Assembly: GCA_021774435.1 (NCBI GenBank)
Contig: JAJFJB010000249.1
Coordinates: forward strand, 53-64,052
Source: Alphaproteobacteria bacterium
GTDB lineage: Bacteria > Pseudomonadota > Alphaproteobacteria > UBA8366 > GCA-2717185
Reading direction: 5' to 3'
Length of the DNA stretch: 64,000 bases
Every line of letters begins with the position of its first letter. Positions within the stretch are counted from its first letter, which is position 1. This document shows, piece after piece, positions 50,962 through 61,135 of this stretch. The translations under genes were made by a program, and so were the position numbers. Below the pieces are notes generated by a model. The model searched no databases, had not been told where the DNA came from, and was given only the letters and a program-made list of their open reading frames with translations.

Positions 50962-51971
50962 TAGCCGGCCTCCGTCGGGCGGCCAAGGATGGCATATTGT
51001 GGATCGTTGTACCCTGGTGTTGAAGGGTGGCCGGAGACGACCATGCCGTCGACGAGTGCTTCATCCTCCGCCGTAAAAGTCAGTTTCTCGGCGGCGATAT
51101 AGGATTTCCACTGCGCCAACGTGCGTGGGCCCGCCAGCGCACTGGTCACGATGGCATTGTTCAGGACCCACTGGAACGCAAAGGCTGCGGCGGTCATGCC
51201 GTGAGATTCGGCGTGTTTGCGAATTTTCTGTGCCATACGCAGCGATTCCGGCCGGAACTCGGTTTCCATAATGCGCCGATCATCGCGCCCGGCGCGCGTG
51301 CCCTTGCCGGGTGCTGTCTTGGGATCGTATTTGCCCGTCAGAACGCCGCGAGCCAGTGGCGAATAGGGTACCACGCCGATGCCATGATGCGCGCACGCCG
51401 GGAGAATTTCCGTTTCCGGCATGCGGTTCATGGCGTTGTAGTAAGGCTGGCTTGCGGCCGGTCGGGGAACGCCGAGTTTATCCGCAACGTGGACGGCTTC
51501 GACATGCCGCCAGCCGCGATAGTTTGACAAACCCCAATAGCGGATTTTGCCGGCCTGAATCATGTCGCCGATCGCACCGATGGTTTCCTCAAGCGGTTTT
51601 TCTTCTTCGTCCTTATGCAGGTAGTAGAGATCAATGTAGTCGGTGTTGAGCCGCTTCAGGCTGTCGTCGAGAAACTTCATCAGCGCCTTACGGCTGATAC
51701 CCCGGTCATAAATGCCGGGCCCGACATTGGCCGCGCCTTTGGTAGCCAACACCCATTCGTCGCGGTCGCGGGCGATCAGTTTGCCGACCATGGTTTCGGA
51801 AGCGCCCTTGTTGTAACCGTTAGCCGTGTCGATGAAATTGACGCCGGCATCGCGTGCCGATTTCATAATGGTGTTTGCCGTTTTCTGGTCTGTTGGCCCG
51901 CCGAACATCATAGTGCCCAGGCAGACGCGTGAGACATTGAGACCGGTGCGGCCGAGATTGCGGAATTCCAT
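50961..51971 (-). CDS. Aldo/keto reductase
   Basis: CLGTMMFG, FIDTANGY, LATK, IDLYYLH, YSPLARG. Confidence 0.93.
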   Translation of the reverse strand: MEFRNLGRTGLNVSRVCLGTMMFGGPTDQKTANTIMKSARDAGVNFIDTANGYNKGASETMVGKLIARDRDEWVLATKGAANVGPGIYDRGISRKALMKFLDDSLKRLNTDYIDLYYLHKDEEEKPLEETIGAIGDMIQAGKIRYWGLSNYRGWRHVEAVHVADKLGVPRPAASQPYYNAMNRMPETEILPACAHHGIGVVPYSPLARGVLTGKYDPKTAPGKGTRAGRDDRRIMETEFRPESLRMAQKIRKHAESHGMTAAAFAFQWVLNNAIVTSALAGPRTLAQWKSYIAAEKLTFTAEDEALVDGMVVSGHPSTPGYNDPQYAILGRPTEAG

Positions 51972-51989
51972 TCTATGTCCTTGAGATTG

Positions 51990-53000
51990 TCAGCCAGTCA
52001 ACGGTTTGCGGCCGAGTGGCGGATAGCTAGGGTGGATATAGCCCGGTGTTGATGGGTGTCCCGGAGGAACAAGACTGTTCAGAAAGGCCTCGTCTTCGGC
52101 AGTAAACTGGTGGTCCAGCGCATCGAGATAGCCTTGCCAATGCGCGACGGTCCGCGGCCCAGTGACGATACTCGTGACAAGCCGGTTGTTGAGCAGCCAG
52201 AGAACGGCAAAATGGGCGGTCGTCATGCCGCGGGCTTCGGCGTGTGCCTTGATCTTTTGCGCGATCTGCAAAGATTCGGGACGGTAATCATTGTCGAGCA
52301 TGCGCTTATTGCCGCGTGCCGCGCGTGACCCTTTCGGCGGTGGCTGGTCGGGAAGGTATTTTCCCGTCAGTACGCCTCGCGACAGGGGGGCGTAAGGTGC
52401 AATGCCAAACCCGTAGAATTCGGCTGCCGGCAGATGATCATATTCGATCATTCGGTTGAGGGCGTTGTAATAGGGTTGATTGATGACGGGGCGTGGCACG
52501 TTGAGAGAGTCAGAGACTCGCATGACCTCGCCGATCATCCACCCCGGAAAATTTGAGAACCCCCAATAGCGTGTTTTCCCGGCACGAATGACGTCGCCGA
52601 CCACGCCGATGCTTTCTTCCAAGGGGACGTCGTAATCCACGCAGTGCAGGTACCAGATATCGAGATAGTCAGTTTGCAGACGGTCCAGGCTGGCGTCGAT
52701 GGCGCGCATCATCCACTTGCGCGAAAGCCCTTCGTGATGCTCAAGCGGGCCGCCGCGATGACCCACTTTGGATGCCAGCACCCATTGATCCCGGTCGCGT
52801 TTAATCAGCTTGCCGACTTCGCGCTCGGATTCGCCCAGCACATACATATCGGCGGTATCGATGAAGTTCACACCGGCATCGCGCGCCATGGCAACGATGC
52901 GCCGTGCTGTTGCCGTGCTCGCTTCTTCGCCGAACATCAGCGCGCCAAGGCAAAGCGGTGACACCTGTAGGCCACTCGTGCCGACTTGTCTGTATTGCAT
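51990..53000 (-). CDS. Aldo/keto reductase (tandem paralog)
   Basis: CLGALMFG, FIDTADMY, LASK, LDIWYLH, YAPLSRG; start MQYRQ after GGAGG. Confidence 0.93.
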   Translation of the reverse strand: MQYRQVGTSGLQVSPLCLGALMFGEEASTATARRIVAMARDAGVNFIDTADMYVLGESEREVGKLIKRDRDQWVLASKVGHRGGPLEHHEGLSRKWMMRAIDASLDRLQTDYLDIWYLHCVDYDVPLEESIGVVGDVIRAGKTRYWGFSNFPGWMIGEVMRVSDSLNVPRPVINQPYYNALNRMIEYDHLPAAEFYGFGIAPYAPLSRGVLTGKYLPDQPPPKGSRAARGNKRMLDNDYRPESLQIAQKIKAHAEARGMTTAHFAVLWLLNNRLVTSIVTGPRTVAHWQGYLDALDHQFTAEDEAFLNSLVPPGHPSTPGYIHPSYPPLGRKPLTG

Positions 53001-53059
53001 GCCGTCCTCCCGTTGCATGCCAGCTTATACCAACGCGCCCCGAAAGGGACATGGTCGTT

Positions 53060-53085
53060 GTGTCTGGTCACGCGTGACCAGACAC
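53060..53085. promoter_or_regulatory. 26-bp perfect palindrome (candidate operator)
   Basis: GTGTCTGGTCACG|CGTGACCAGACAC in the divergent AKR/VOC intergenic region. Confidence 0.55.
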
Positions 53086-53134
53086 CGATATACTCGCCTC
53101 CAAATCCGGTCTTTCCATAAGGAGTGTGTAAGCC

Positions 53135-53518
53135 ATGGGCGTTATCGGCATCGAAGAAATTTTTTTGAAGGTCAAGGATATGCAAAGGGCTATCGACTTC
53201 TACAACGGCATTCTTGGCATTCCGATCGACAAGCAGGACGATGAAAAAACATACATGCAAATGGAGCGCGGCCATCTCGTCCTGCAGATCGAAAACCATA
53301 CAGGGTTGCATCAGGGCGGCGGACCGCTGCATTTTGCCATGACCGTGACCGAAGAAACCTTCGACGAAATTCTTGCGAAATTCGAAGGGTCGCGGCATTT
53401 CACACGAGGTCCATACGGAGAGCGGGGTGAGCGCCGTGCCCTCTTCATGATGGACCCGGACGGAAATGAGACCGAAGTGAATACCCGATATCTGTACGGC
53501 GTTCCGCAACGCGCATAG
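53135..53518 (+). CDS. VOC (glyoxalase/bleomycin resistance) family protein
   Basis: VKDMQRAIDFY..ILG, LHFA, DPDGN.TE. Confidence 0.88.
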   Translation: MGVIGIEEIFLKVKDMQRAIDFYNGILGIPIDKQDDEKTYMQMERGHLVLQIENHTGLHQGGGPLHFAMTVTEETFDEILAKFEGSRHFTRGPYGERGERRALFMMDPDGNETEVNTRYLYGVPQRA

Positions 53519-53554
53519 GATTGTGCGGAACGCGCGCGAATAAAAGGACAAACA

Positions 53555-53980
53555 ATGTCTCGAGAATATCCCGACCGGCCGATGGTCGGTGTGGGGGTCG
53601 TGGTTTGGCGCGGCCCGGAGCTGCTGCTGATTCAGCGAGGTAAGCCGCCTCGGGCCGGCAGCTGGAGCTTGCCGGGCGGTATGCAGGAGTTGGGCGAAAC
53701 GGTTCGCGAAACGGCAGCGCGCGAAGTGCGTGAGGAAACGGGTGTCGAAATTTTGGTGACGCATTTGATCGATGTCGTCGATACCATTACGAAAGACGAT
53801 GCCGGTCGCGTCCGGTTGCAATATACCCTGGTCGATTTTGCGGCCGAGTGGCGCGAAGGCGAGGCCGTGGCCGGGTCCGATGCGGCGGGCGTGCAATGGA
53901 TCCATCCTGACGATTTGGGACCCCTAAATCTGTGGAAGGAGACGTTACGCGTCATCGAAATGTCGGCGGCGGCACGGTGA
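53555..53980 (+). CDS. Nudix hydrolase (ADP-ribose pyrophosphatase-like)
   Basis: REYPDRPMVGVG, WSLPGG..ELGET....AAREVREETG. Confidence 0.9.
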   Translation: MSREYPDRPMVGVGVVVWRGPELLLIQRGKPPRAGSWSLPGGMQELGETVRETAAREVREETGVEILVTHLIDVVDTITKDDAGRVRLQYTLVDFAAEWREGEAVAGSDAAGVQWIHPDDLGPLNLWKETLRVIEMSAAAR

Positions 53981-54013
53981 ACCGCGCGACGCCGATCGGC
54001 TGAAAGGGACGAT

Positions 54014-54676
54014 ATGACGCTGGTAATTTTCGATTGCGATGGTGTGCTGGTGGATAGCGAAGTTCTGTTCAATCGCATCGCCGCGGAGCAATTTACCGCA
54101 TGCGGCTACCCGGTTGATACGGAAACCGCGATCGCACGTTTTACCGGACTCAGCACACCATCGATGATCGCAATCGTCGAGGCCGAGTCAGGACTGACCA
54201 TACCGGACGATTTCGCGCAACGATGCCGCGCGCAGGCAAATACGGTTTTCGATAACGAGTTGCAGGCCATCGACGGCATCGATGAGGTGCTCGGAGGGCA
54301 CGCACCGCGCCGCTGTGTTGCGTCGTCCTCTTCACCAACGCGGATCCGGCGGTCGTTAAAATCGACCAATCTTTATCGACATTTTAATGACGAGACGATT
54401 TTTAGTGCTGCGATGGTCGAGCGCGGCAAACCGGCACCAGATCTATTTTTGCACGCTGCAAGTGAAATGGCCGCCGCGCCGGACGAATGCGTGGTTATCG
54501 AAGACAGCATGCCAGGTGTTGAAGCGGCCGTTGCCGCCGGTATGACGGTTTTGGGATTCGTTGGCGCCAGCCACATTCAGGACGGGCATGCGGATCGCCT
54601 GCGCGAAAAAGGCGCAACGTCCATATTCAGCGCGATGGCCGACCTCCCAGACATGCTGCAACGGGCGTTTCGCTAA
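54014..54676 (+). CDS. HAD family hydrolase
   Basis: IFDCDGVLVDSE, VASSS, KPAPDLF, VIEDS. Confidence 0.93.
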   Translation: MTLVIFDCDGVLVDSEVLFNRIAAEQFTACGYPVDTETAIARFTGLSTPSMIAIVEAESGLTIPDDFAQRCRAQANTVFDNELQAIDGIDEVLGGHAPRRCVASSSSPTRIRRSLKSTNLYRHFNDETIFSAAMVERGKPAPDLFLHAASEMAAAPDECVVIEDSMPGVEAAVAAGMTVLGFVGASHIQDGHADRLREKGATSIFSAMADLPDMLQRAFR

Positions 54677-54709
54677 CGCCCGCTCTACGCCTAGCGAAAT
54701 TACACAGAA

Positions 54710-56095
54710 TTACTTCGTGTAATTCTTGGCAATGACGTCGAAGGCCGCCCGCATCGCCATCGCTTCCCCGCCTTCCGGTTTTCCGGGCTGCGATGCGGAA
54801 TTCCAGGCCATAATATCGAAATGCGCCCAGGGAATGGTGTCTTCCACGAAGGACTCCAAGAATAGCGCAGCGGTAATGGAGCCACCTTGCGGGATTTTAC
54901 CCGTGTTGCTCAAATCGGCAATGTTGGGCTCGATGTATTTTCGGTAAGGTTGCCACAATGGCATGCGCCAGACCGGGTCGTCGGCGGCCTCACCACACTT
55001 CATGAACGCATTGGCGAGGGCATCGTCATTACTGAACATGGCTGGTAGGCTCGGACCCAACGCGATCCGCGCGGCACCGGTCAATGTTGCGAAATCCAAA
55101 ATTACGGATGGTTTCTCGGATGCAGCGAGGGCAAGCGCATCGGAGAGTACGACACGCCCTTCCGCATCGGTATTGCCGATTTCCACGGTAAGACCCTTGC
55201 GCGTTGGAATCACATCCATGGGCCGGTAGGCGTTGCCGGAGACGCTATTTTCGACCGCGGGTATCAGGACGCGGAGGCGGACCCGGAGCTTTGCGGCCAT
55301 GATCATGTGCGCAAGGCCCAGCACGTGTGCCGCGCCGCCCATGTCTTTCTTCATCAGCAGCATGCCGGCCGGACCTTTGAGGTCGAGACCGCCCGTGTCG
55401 AAGCAGACTCCTTTGCCGACGAGCGTCACTTTCGGGTCACTGGTGCGGCCCCATTTTAAATCGATCAGACGCGGTGCCCGGCTCGAAGCGCGCCCGACGG
55501 CATGAATAGCCGGGAAATTTTTCTTCAACAAATCATCGCCGACGATAACGCTGCAGTTCGCCTTAAACTGGCGGGCGAGTTTTTTGGTGGCATCGGCCAG
55601 CTCTTCTGGTCCCATGTCCGCCGCAGGCGTATTGATCAGATCCCGTGTGAGGAAAGCGCCATCGACGGCGCCTTCGACCGCTGATTTATCGGCGTTGCTC
55701 GGCCATACCAACTCCGCCCGGTCGCCAAGCTTGCCTTTATATCGCGTAAATTTATACGCCGCGAGACCCCAGCCAAGCGCCAGCTTGTTCGCGGTTGACG
55801 CCTTGGGCTCGCGTGCCATTTTGTAGCGTCCGGCGGGAAGTTTGTCGCCGGCTGCCGCCCACGACCAAATGTCGTCGTCACCGGATACGCCGACGAGTGC
55901 GCCAGAAACTGCACCTTTTTTTCCGGTTCCGGGAATAAGTAGGGTAGAGCCAGGTGCTGCCTCGAAACCGGCGGCGCGGACCCATCCCGTCACGCTGGCC
56001 GATTGACGTTTTAGCCAGCTATCGAGACCATCGGCAGTGATCTGAGTCAGGGATATGGTTCGGGCGTTGGCCCGCGCGGCGAAACAATTTGTCAC
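54710..56095 (-). CDS. M17 leucyl aminopeptidase
   Basis: LVGKGVCFDTGG, MKKDMGGAA, NTDAEGR, ATLTGA. Confidence 0.95.
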   Translation of the reverse strand: MTNCFAARANARTISLTQITADGLDSWLKRQSASVTGWVRAAGFEAAPGSTLLIPGTGKKGAVSGALVGVSGDDDIWSWAAAGDKLPAGRYKMAREPKASTANKLALGWGLAAYKFTRYKGKLGDRAELVWPSNADKSAVEGAVDGAFLTRDLINTPAADMGPEELADATKKLARQFKANCSVIVGDDLLKKNFPAIHAVGRASSRAPRLIDLKWGRTSDPKVTLVGKGVCFDTGGLDLKGPAGMLLMKKDMGGAAHVLGLAHMIMAAKLRVRLRVLIPAVENSVSGNAYRPMDVIPTRKGLTVEIGNTDAEGRVVLSDALALAASEKPSVILDFATLTGAARIALGPSLPAMFSNDDALANAFMKCGEAADDPVWRMPLWQPYRKYIEPNIADLSNTGKIPQGGSITAALFLESFVEDTIPWAHFDIMAWNSASQPGKPEGGEAMAMRAAFDVIAKNYTK

Positions 56096-56158
56096 GGAGA
56101 TCTCCTTAACGGGGTGCAGTTCGATTACTGAGTATCACAATTTCACCGATTTGATAAA

Positions 56159-57247
56159 ATGATGCGGATGAACCGTAAACCCCAAGGTGTCTTGCGACGC
56201 GGCTGGACGACCGGCGCTTGCGCCGCCGCTGCCGCGCGCGCGGCCTATCAAGCCCTGTTGACGGGATCTTTCCCCGATCCGGTATCTATTCGATTGCCGA
56301 AGGGAGAAACCCCGTCATTTCCCCTAGCGAACCAAATACTGGAAGAAGGGGCAGCGTCCGCTGGAATCATCAAAGATGCTGGTGATGATCCGGATGTGAC
56401 GCATGGCGCGTTGATCATCGCGCGTGTTTGCCACGGCGCAACGGGGGCGGGAATTACCTTTCACGCGGGCGCAGGCGTTGGCACGGTGACCAAACCGGGC
56501 CTGCCGATACCGCCTGGCGAGGCGGCAATCAACCCAAAACCAAGAGCCTTGATTGCTGAAATGTTGACGGAAGTCGCCACCGCCAACGGTGTCGAGCCAG
56601 ACGTGGCCGTGATTTTGTCGATTCCCGATGGGGAGCGTATTGCGGCGAGAACCTGGAATCCTCGCCTTGGCATCGTTGGAGGCCTATCGATCCTCGGCAC
56701 GACGGGCATCGTTATCCCATACTCCTGCAGTGCGTGGATCCATTCAATTCGCCAGGGGATCGACGTCGCGCGAGCGACTGGCGTCGACCATATTGCCGGT
56801 GCGACCGGTAAAACCTCCGAGGCGGCTGTGCGCCGCTTCCATGGACTGGACGATGCCGCAATTATCGATATGGGAGATTTTGCCGGGGGGATGCTGAAAT
56901 ATCTCGACGGGCATCCGGTACCACGACTGACAATTGCCGGGGGTTTCGCGAAACTGACAAAACTCGCGCAAGGAAACCTCGATCTTCATTCCGCCCGGAG
57001 CCAAGTTGATTTTTCAAAACTTGCGGAGATGATCGCGGACCTAGGCGCCGGGCCAGAGCTTGTTGGTACTGTGCGCAGCGCGAATACGGCGTCCGAGGTC
57101 CTGGAACTTTCGGATGCATTCCCTCTTGGGAACAGGATTGCTGCTGAGGCCCGGGAGTCAGCTTTGGCCCGATTGTCCGGACGGACGGCTTTGGACGTAT
57201 TAGTTGTCGACAGGCAAGGGGGGACCGTTGGGTATGCGGGGCCCTGA
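56159..57247 (+). CDS. cbiD: Cobalt-precorrin-5B C1-methyltransferase
   Basis: LRRGWTTGACAAAA, KDAGDDPDVTHG, NPRLGIVGGLSILGTTGIV. Confidence 0.95.
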   Translation: MMRMNRKPQGVLRRGWTTGACAAAAARAAYQALLTGSFPDPVSIRLPKGETPSFPLANQILEEGAASAGIIKDAGDDPDVTHGALIIARVCHGATGAGITFHAGAGVGTVTKPGLPIPPGEAAINPKPRALIAEMLTEVATANGVEPDVAVILSIPDGERIAARTWNPRLGIVGGLSILGTTGIVIPYSCSAWIHSIRQGIDVARATGVDHIAGATGKTSEAAVRRFHGLDDAAIIDMGDFAGGMLKYLDGHPVPRLTIAGGFAKLTKLAQGNLDLHSARSQVDFSKLAEMIADLGAGPELVGTVRSANTASEVLELSDAFPLGNRIAAEARESALARLSGRTALDVLVVDRQGGTVGYAGP

Positions 57248-58019
57248 TCGACCGCATTTGCTAATTTTGGGCGGTACTTCCGAAGCGGCGCGACTCGCGC
57301 AAACGCTCTCGGAACGGTTCGGTGCCGCTCTTGTGGTTACGACGTCGCTTGCGGGCCGAACAAAGAGCCCGGGCCCGCTGTCTGGTGTGACACGCCAGGG
57401 TGGTTTCGGTGGCGCAAAGGGGCTTTCGGACTGGATCAGGGAGCATAACGTCGACCTGATGGTCGATGCGACTCATCCATTTGCACAGCAAATATCAGCA
57501 AACGCCCGGGATGCTTGTGATGCGGAAAGTATTCCAAGGCTGATATTATTCAGAAAGCCTTGGCGTGCCACTGATAGGGACAATTGGCTCAACGTCTCGA
57601 GTTTTGACACCGCTGCCGCTCTTTTGCGAGATATCGCGAAGCGGGTGTTCCTAAGTGTGGGGTCGACTCATTTGGATGCATTTGCCGGTTTGCGTTCTGT
57701 GCACTTGGTTGTTCGGATGATCGATGAGCCAAAATCGCTCCTGCCGCTCGCGGATTATTCCGTGATCCTCGAGAAAGGGCCATTCGACGAGTCGGCGGAG
57801 CAAGAACTGCTGCGCCGTGAACGGATTGATGTGGTTGTGAGCCGTAACAGTGGTGGCGCGGCGACGTTCGCGAAGATAAAGGCTGCGAGGACGTTGAATT
57901 TACCCGTCGTAATGGTTACATCGCCAGCACGGGAGGTGGGAGAGTATGTTGACTCGTTAGAGGGAGCGATGCGATGGATAGCGGGTCGAATGTTGGGTCG
58001 AGTGGAAGTAATGCAATGA
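57234..58019 (+). CDS. cobK: Precorrin-6A/cobalt-precorrin-6A reductase
   Basis: LILGGTSEA, SLAGRT, GGFGG, VDATHPFA, KIKAAR; start at MRGPD. Confidence 0.93.
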   Translation: MRGPDRPHLLILGGTSEAARLAQTLSERFGAALVVTTSLAGRTKSPGPLSGVTRQGGFGGAKGLSDWIREHNVDLMVDATHPFAQQISANARDACDAESIPRLILFRKPWRATDRDNWLNVSSFDTAAALLRDIAKRVFLSVGSTHLDAFAGLRSVHLVVRMIDEPKSLLPLADYSVILEKGPFDESAEQELLRRERIDVVVSRNSGGAATFAKIKAARTLNLPVVMVTSPAREVGEYVDSLEGAMRWIAGRMLGRVEVMQ

Positions 58020-58579
58020 TACTCTGTATCCGGATTTTCGTGATTGGTCTCGCGCTGGTTATGATGTCGTTCCCGGCCCGCGCACAAATCGATCTCACAA
58101 GTAAACACCCCATTATTGACGCGGCTGCAATTGGCAACGCAGACGTTGTCGAATATTGGCTAAAGCGTGGTGTTCGTGTTGATATTGCGGATGAAAATGG
58201 CCGCACGCCGCTTATCTTTGGGGCTTTTAACGGATCGATGGAGATTGTTGAGCTTACTATTTCGCTTGGTGCTCAGGTTGATCGCCCGGACACAGGCGGT
58301 AGTTCCGCTTTGGTTTGGGCGTCCAGTCAAGGTGAGCTTGAAATCGTTGAACGCCTGATTGAAGCGGAAGCGAATGTAGATTTACAAAATGGTCAAGGTC
58401 AGACGTCATTGATGATGGCGGCGGCGGCTGGCTACTACGATATCGTACAAGCGCTGCTCGACAATGGAGCAGTGGCGAATGTCTTGGATTATACCGGACG
58501 CAGTGCGCTTGATTGGGCGCGAGACGGCCGCGATCGGAGCATCATTAGGCTTTTGGAGCGCGCTGAGGCTGGTCGCTGA
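58016..58579 (+). CDS. Exported ankyrin repeat protein
   Basis: Signal peptide ending ARA; GRTPLI, SALVWA, TSLMMAA and SALDWA repeats; ATGA overlap with cobK. Confidence 0.85.
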   Translation: MILCIRIFVIGLALVMMSFPARAQIDLTSKHPIIDAAAIGNADVVEYWLKRGVRVDIADENGRTPLIFGAFNGSMEIVELTISLGAQVDRPDTGGSSALVWASSQGELEIVERLIEAEANVDLQNGQGQTSLMMAAAAGYYDIVQALLDNGAVANVLDYTGRSALDWARDGRDRSIIRLLERAEAGR

Positions 58580-58586
58580 ACCGAAT

Positions 58587-59345
58587 TTACCGTTTTGGTC
58601 GGAGGACGTGATGATGGTCGCTCGCATAGAGACGGCTATCCGTAAACGCACTTTCATCGAGGACTCGACCCACCAGAATTAAAGCGGTGCGTGTAATGCG
58701 TGCTTCTTTTACCTGATCGCGAATACCCGCCAATGTTCCGCGTAGAATCAGTTCATCCGGCCAGCTTACCCGGTATGCGATGACGACCGGACAATCTGCG
58801 CCGTAATGCGGGATCAAGTCTCGAACGACCCTGGCTAGATTGTTAATGGAAAGGTGGATTGCCAAGGTTGCGCCGCTTCGGCCCAATTGAATCAAGTCTT
58901 CGCCGTCGGGCATGGCCGACGCGCGTGTCGCGGTTCTAGTCAGAACAACGGTTTGCGCCACGCCCGGGAGTGTAAGTTCGGTTTTGATTGCCGCTGCTGC
59001 TGCGGCATAGCTCGGGACGCCTGGCGTGACATCGTAGGGAATATTCAGCGCATCAAGCCGCCGCATTTGCTCCGCGACGGCTCCATAGAGAGCGGGATCG
59101 CCGGAGTGAACGCGCGCAACATCGTGGCCCGCGGCCTGTGCGACTTCAATTTCAGCGATAATCTCATCCAGGTTAAGGGGTGCGGTATCGACAACACGGG
59201 CACCCGGCGGCGCCTCGGCGACGATTTCCGGCGGGACCAGTGATCCGGCATAAAGAATGACGGGAGATTGCCGGATGAGCGTTTGGCCACGGACAGTTAT
59301 CAAGTCGGCGGCGCCGGGGCCGGCGCCAATGAAGTGAACGGTCAT
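58587..59345 (-). CDS. cobM: Precorrin-4 C11-methyltransferase
   Basis: [43 protein letters not shown]. Confidence 0.95.
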   Translation of the reverse strand: MTVHFIGAGPGAADLITVRGQTLIRQSPVILYAGSLVPPEIVAEAPPGARVVDTAPLNLDEIIAEIEVAQAAGHDVARVHSGDPALYGAVAEQMRRLDALNIPYDVTPGVPSYAAAAAAIKTELTLPGVAQTVVLTRTATRASAMPDGEDLIQLGRSGATLAIHLSINNLARVVRDLIPHYGADCPVVIAYRVSWPDELILRGTLAGIRDQVKEARITRTALILVGRVLDESAFTDSRLYASDHHHVLRPKR

Positions 59346-61135
59346 GGTACGGTTCCGTATCCGCGCGGTGTGTAAACCCGAGTACCGTCGCCGCTGCTTA
59401 TTATTCGCGACTGATTGTTGCCGATGATGACAATCGTCAACATATCGACCGACTCCACATCCATTTCCGATAGAGTCGTGATGGTGATCAATTCCTTATC
59501 GCGCCCAAGATTGCGGGCGATAATGACGGGTGTCGATGGTGGCCGGTTCTCGCTGAAGATTCGATGCGCCTGCTTTAGGAGATCGCGCCGGCTTTGGCTC
59601 TGCGGATTATAGAATGCGGTTACGAAATCGCCGGCCGCGGCCGCGTTCAATCTGCGCAGAATCGCTTCCTGTGGCGTCAGCAGATCGGATAATGATATGG
59701 CGCAAAAATCGTGACCGAGCGGAGCGCCTGCGCGCGCAGCGGCGGCTTGCATTGCGGTGATGCCGGGTGAAACCACAATTTCCGCTTGCCGCCAAATCGG
59801 ATCGGTATCCGATTCAACCATTTCGAATACCAGGCTCGCCAGGGCATAGATACCAGCGTCACCGGAACAGACGAGCGCGATCCGGTGGCCTTCACCGGCG
59901 AGCGTCAAAGCGTCCCGCACGCGTGCTGCTTCTTGCCCCAGACCATAACCACGTCGCTCTGCCATCGGCGCAATGCCGCCGATGAGATCAAGGTAACCAT
60001 CGTAACCGATGATGATGTCGGCGTTGTCCAGCGCGGCCGTGGCTTCAGGGGAACGCCATGCGGGCTGGCCGGGTCCAAGTCCGATGACCGATAGAACCCC
60101 GCGCGCTCTTCCCCTGCATGAGGGGTCGATCGTATCCGCGGCGCGCGCAACCGCGCAGGTTGCGCGCTTTGACTTTCGTTTCGGTACAACGAGTTCCGCA
60201 TCGGGACCGGCGAGCGCGAGCGCGGCACCTTCCGCCACTCCATGGCAGCCGGTTTCGCGGAAAACGATATCGGATGGGTTTTCCAACCGGGGGGCTTCGC
60301 GTTCGAGTGTGTCTGCGCAAAAGAATTGGCTCGGCACTCCCAATGATTTCGCCGCGGCGTGAACTGCCGGTTCATCGATTTTGAGATCAATTGATCCGAT
60401 AGCCACGACGGCGCCGTGGGCTAGCTGCGCGTCTCTCAACGTTTCCGTCACAAGGTCAATCAACTCTGCCGGTGTGGTGTCACGCTCGCACCCGACTCCG
60501 ACGGCGAGGACCGGCGGATGGAATATAAGCGTGTTCTGATCTGCTTCGGCGATGCTATCTGTGACTAAGACACGAGCGGCGGCGTTATCGCGCCAAGGTA
60601 CCTCCTTGAGCCATTCAGCCGCACCGGCTTGGACTTCGAGACGCACGCCATCGCCTGCGAGCAATGCGGCGGTGATTGTTTTGACGGCTTCAGGATTTGC
60701 AATCCGCCAACTTGCTGGCGGATCGTCGAGTGAAAACCCGAAGCGCAAATCACCTGCCGTTGTGATCGCCGCGAATCCGTCACAGGCGGTTGCCAGACTT
60801 TGGGCCAGTGCATTCGCACCGTGATGACCGCCAATAAGAGGAACCGCCGCGCTGCCATCTTCCGCCAAGGCGACCACCGGCGCGTCGTGGCGCTTGTCGT
60901 CGAGCAGGGACGCCAGAGCCCGGATGAGGATTCCCGCGGCGCAGAGGCCGACAATAGCGGTGCCATCACCATGGAGTTTGCGAAGATGTGCCACCGTGTC
61001 CTGAAAGGCAATGTCGGCGCCTTCGGTTCGCTTTTCGAGCCCGTGCAGCGTTGAGCCAGGAAACGAGGGGCGCAGTTTTTGCGCCAACGCAAGGCCGCCG
61101 GCACTTAACGCGACAAATGCGATTTTTATCGCCAT
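59342..61135 (-). CDS. cobJ: CbiG domain fused to precorrin-3B C17-methyltransferase
   Basis: N-terminal [28 protein letters not shown] (CbiG); C-terminal [32 protein letters not shown]. Confidence 0.93.
   Translation of the reverse strand: MAIKIAFVALSAGGLALAQKLRPSFPGSTLHGLEKRTEGADIAFQDTVAHLRKLHGDGTAIVGLCAAGILIRALASLLDDKRHDAPVVALAEDGSAAVPLIGGHHGANALAQSLATACDGFAAITTAGDLRFGFSLDDPPASWRIANPEAVKTITAALLAGDGVRLEVQAGAAEWLKEVPWRDNAAARVLVTDSIAEADQNTLIFHPPVLAVGVGCERDTTPAELIDLVTETLRDAQLAHGAVVAIGSIDLKIDEPAVHAAAKSLGVPSQFFCADTLEREAPRLENPSDIVFRETGCHGVAEGAALALAGPDAELVVPKRKSKRATCAVARAADTIDPSCRGRARGVLSVIGLGPGQPAWRSPEATAALDNADIIIGYDGYLDLIGGIAPMAERRGYGLGQEAARVRDALTLAGEGHRIALVCSGDAGIYALASLVFEMVESDTDPIWRQAEIVVSPGITAMQAAAARAGAPLGHDFCAISLSDLLTPQEAILRRLNAAAAGDFVTAFYNPQSQSRRDLLKQAHRIFSENRPPSTPVIIARNLGRDKELITITTLSEMDVESVDMLTIVIIGNNQSRIISSGDGTRVYTPRGYGTVP

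Noticed and set aside
56096-56158. Cobalamin riboswitch upstream of cbiD
   Set aside because: Only 63 nt of intergenic space and no B12-box motifs
59342-61135. CbiG-CobJ fusion and presence of cbiD as novelty
   Set aside because: Both are established variants of cobalamin gene clusters
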